This document shows, piece after piece, positions 63,938 to 64,000 of a stretch of DNA of 64,000 nt. The notes under the pieces were generated by a model. The model worked only from the letters and a program-made list of their open reading frames with translations. It ran no database searches and was not told the DNA's origin. A program made the position numbers and the translations under genes. Source of the stretch: Orbicella franksi. Lineage: Eukaryota. Numbering within the stretch: the first letter of the stretch is position 1; every line of letters begins with the position of its first letter. The DNA is taken from assembly GCA_964199315.1 (NCBI GenBank), contig OZ116699.1, positions 22,444,001 through 22,508,000 on the forward strand, read 5' to 3'.

Positions 63938-64000
63938 CTACTGAAAAACATGAACACAGTTATTCCAGAAATCAGTGACCAAAACATGTCCGTCATTTGA
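63938..64000 (-). CDS. C-terminal 20 residues of a second TRIM-NHL paralogue (rest lies beyond the window)
   Basis: The minus strand reads SNDGHVLVTDFWNNCVHVFQ*, against SNDGHVLVTVLLNNRVHVFQ* in copy 1, and is followed by the same duplicated flank. Confidence 0.85.
   Translation of the reverse strand, partial: SNDGHVLVTDFWNNCVHVFQ

Overview
AT-rich animal genomic DNA with GT-AG introns. The repeat families and the intronless TRIM-NHL genes suggest an anthozoan cnidarian, probably a stony coral (inference). Genes in order: the last three exons of an R-Ras/TC21-type small GTPase (+, 780-2006); SINHCAF/FAM60A (+, 7274-10928); a decayed rhodopsin-class GPCR pseudogene (-, 17216-18450) and its intact, divergently oriented paralogue (+, 32358-33985); a MYLIP/IDOL FERM-RING ligase with two tandem RINGs (+, 37809-43801); an orphan 155-aa ORF (+, 51262-51729); an intronless RING-B-box-coiled-coil-filamin-NHL TRIM gene (-, 54112-56295); and the last 21 codons of a second, tandemly duplicated TRIM-NHL copy (-, 63938-64000). 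The intergenic DNA is dense with SINEs, MITEs and DNA transposon relics. The most notable non-genic structures are four. (i) One (AAT)n microsatellite hit by two different restriction-like-endonuclease retrotransposons in opposite orientations, then by a TTAA-targeting Kolobok-type transposon that itself carries a nested MITE (46647-50060). (ii) A 412-bp RTE-like insertion with an HDV-like ribozyme fold, whose empty site is preserved in a neighbouring duplicate (58569-58980). (iii) A THAP-encoding transposon relic ending 12 bp from the TRIM start codon. (iv) A 2.5-kb DNA transposon with a perfect 8-bp target duplication in MYLIP intron 3. Family names come from recognising motifs by eye; no database searches were run.
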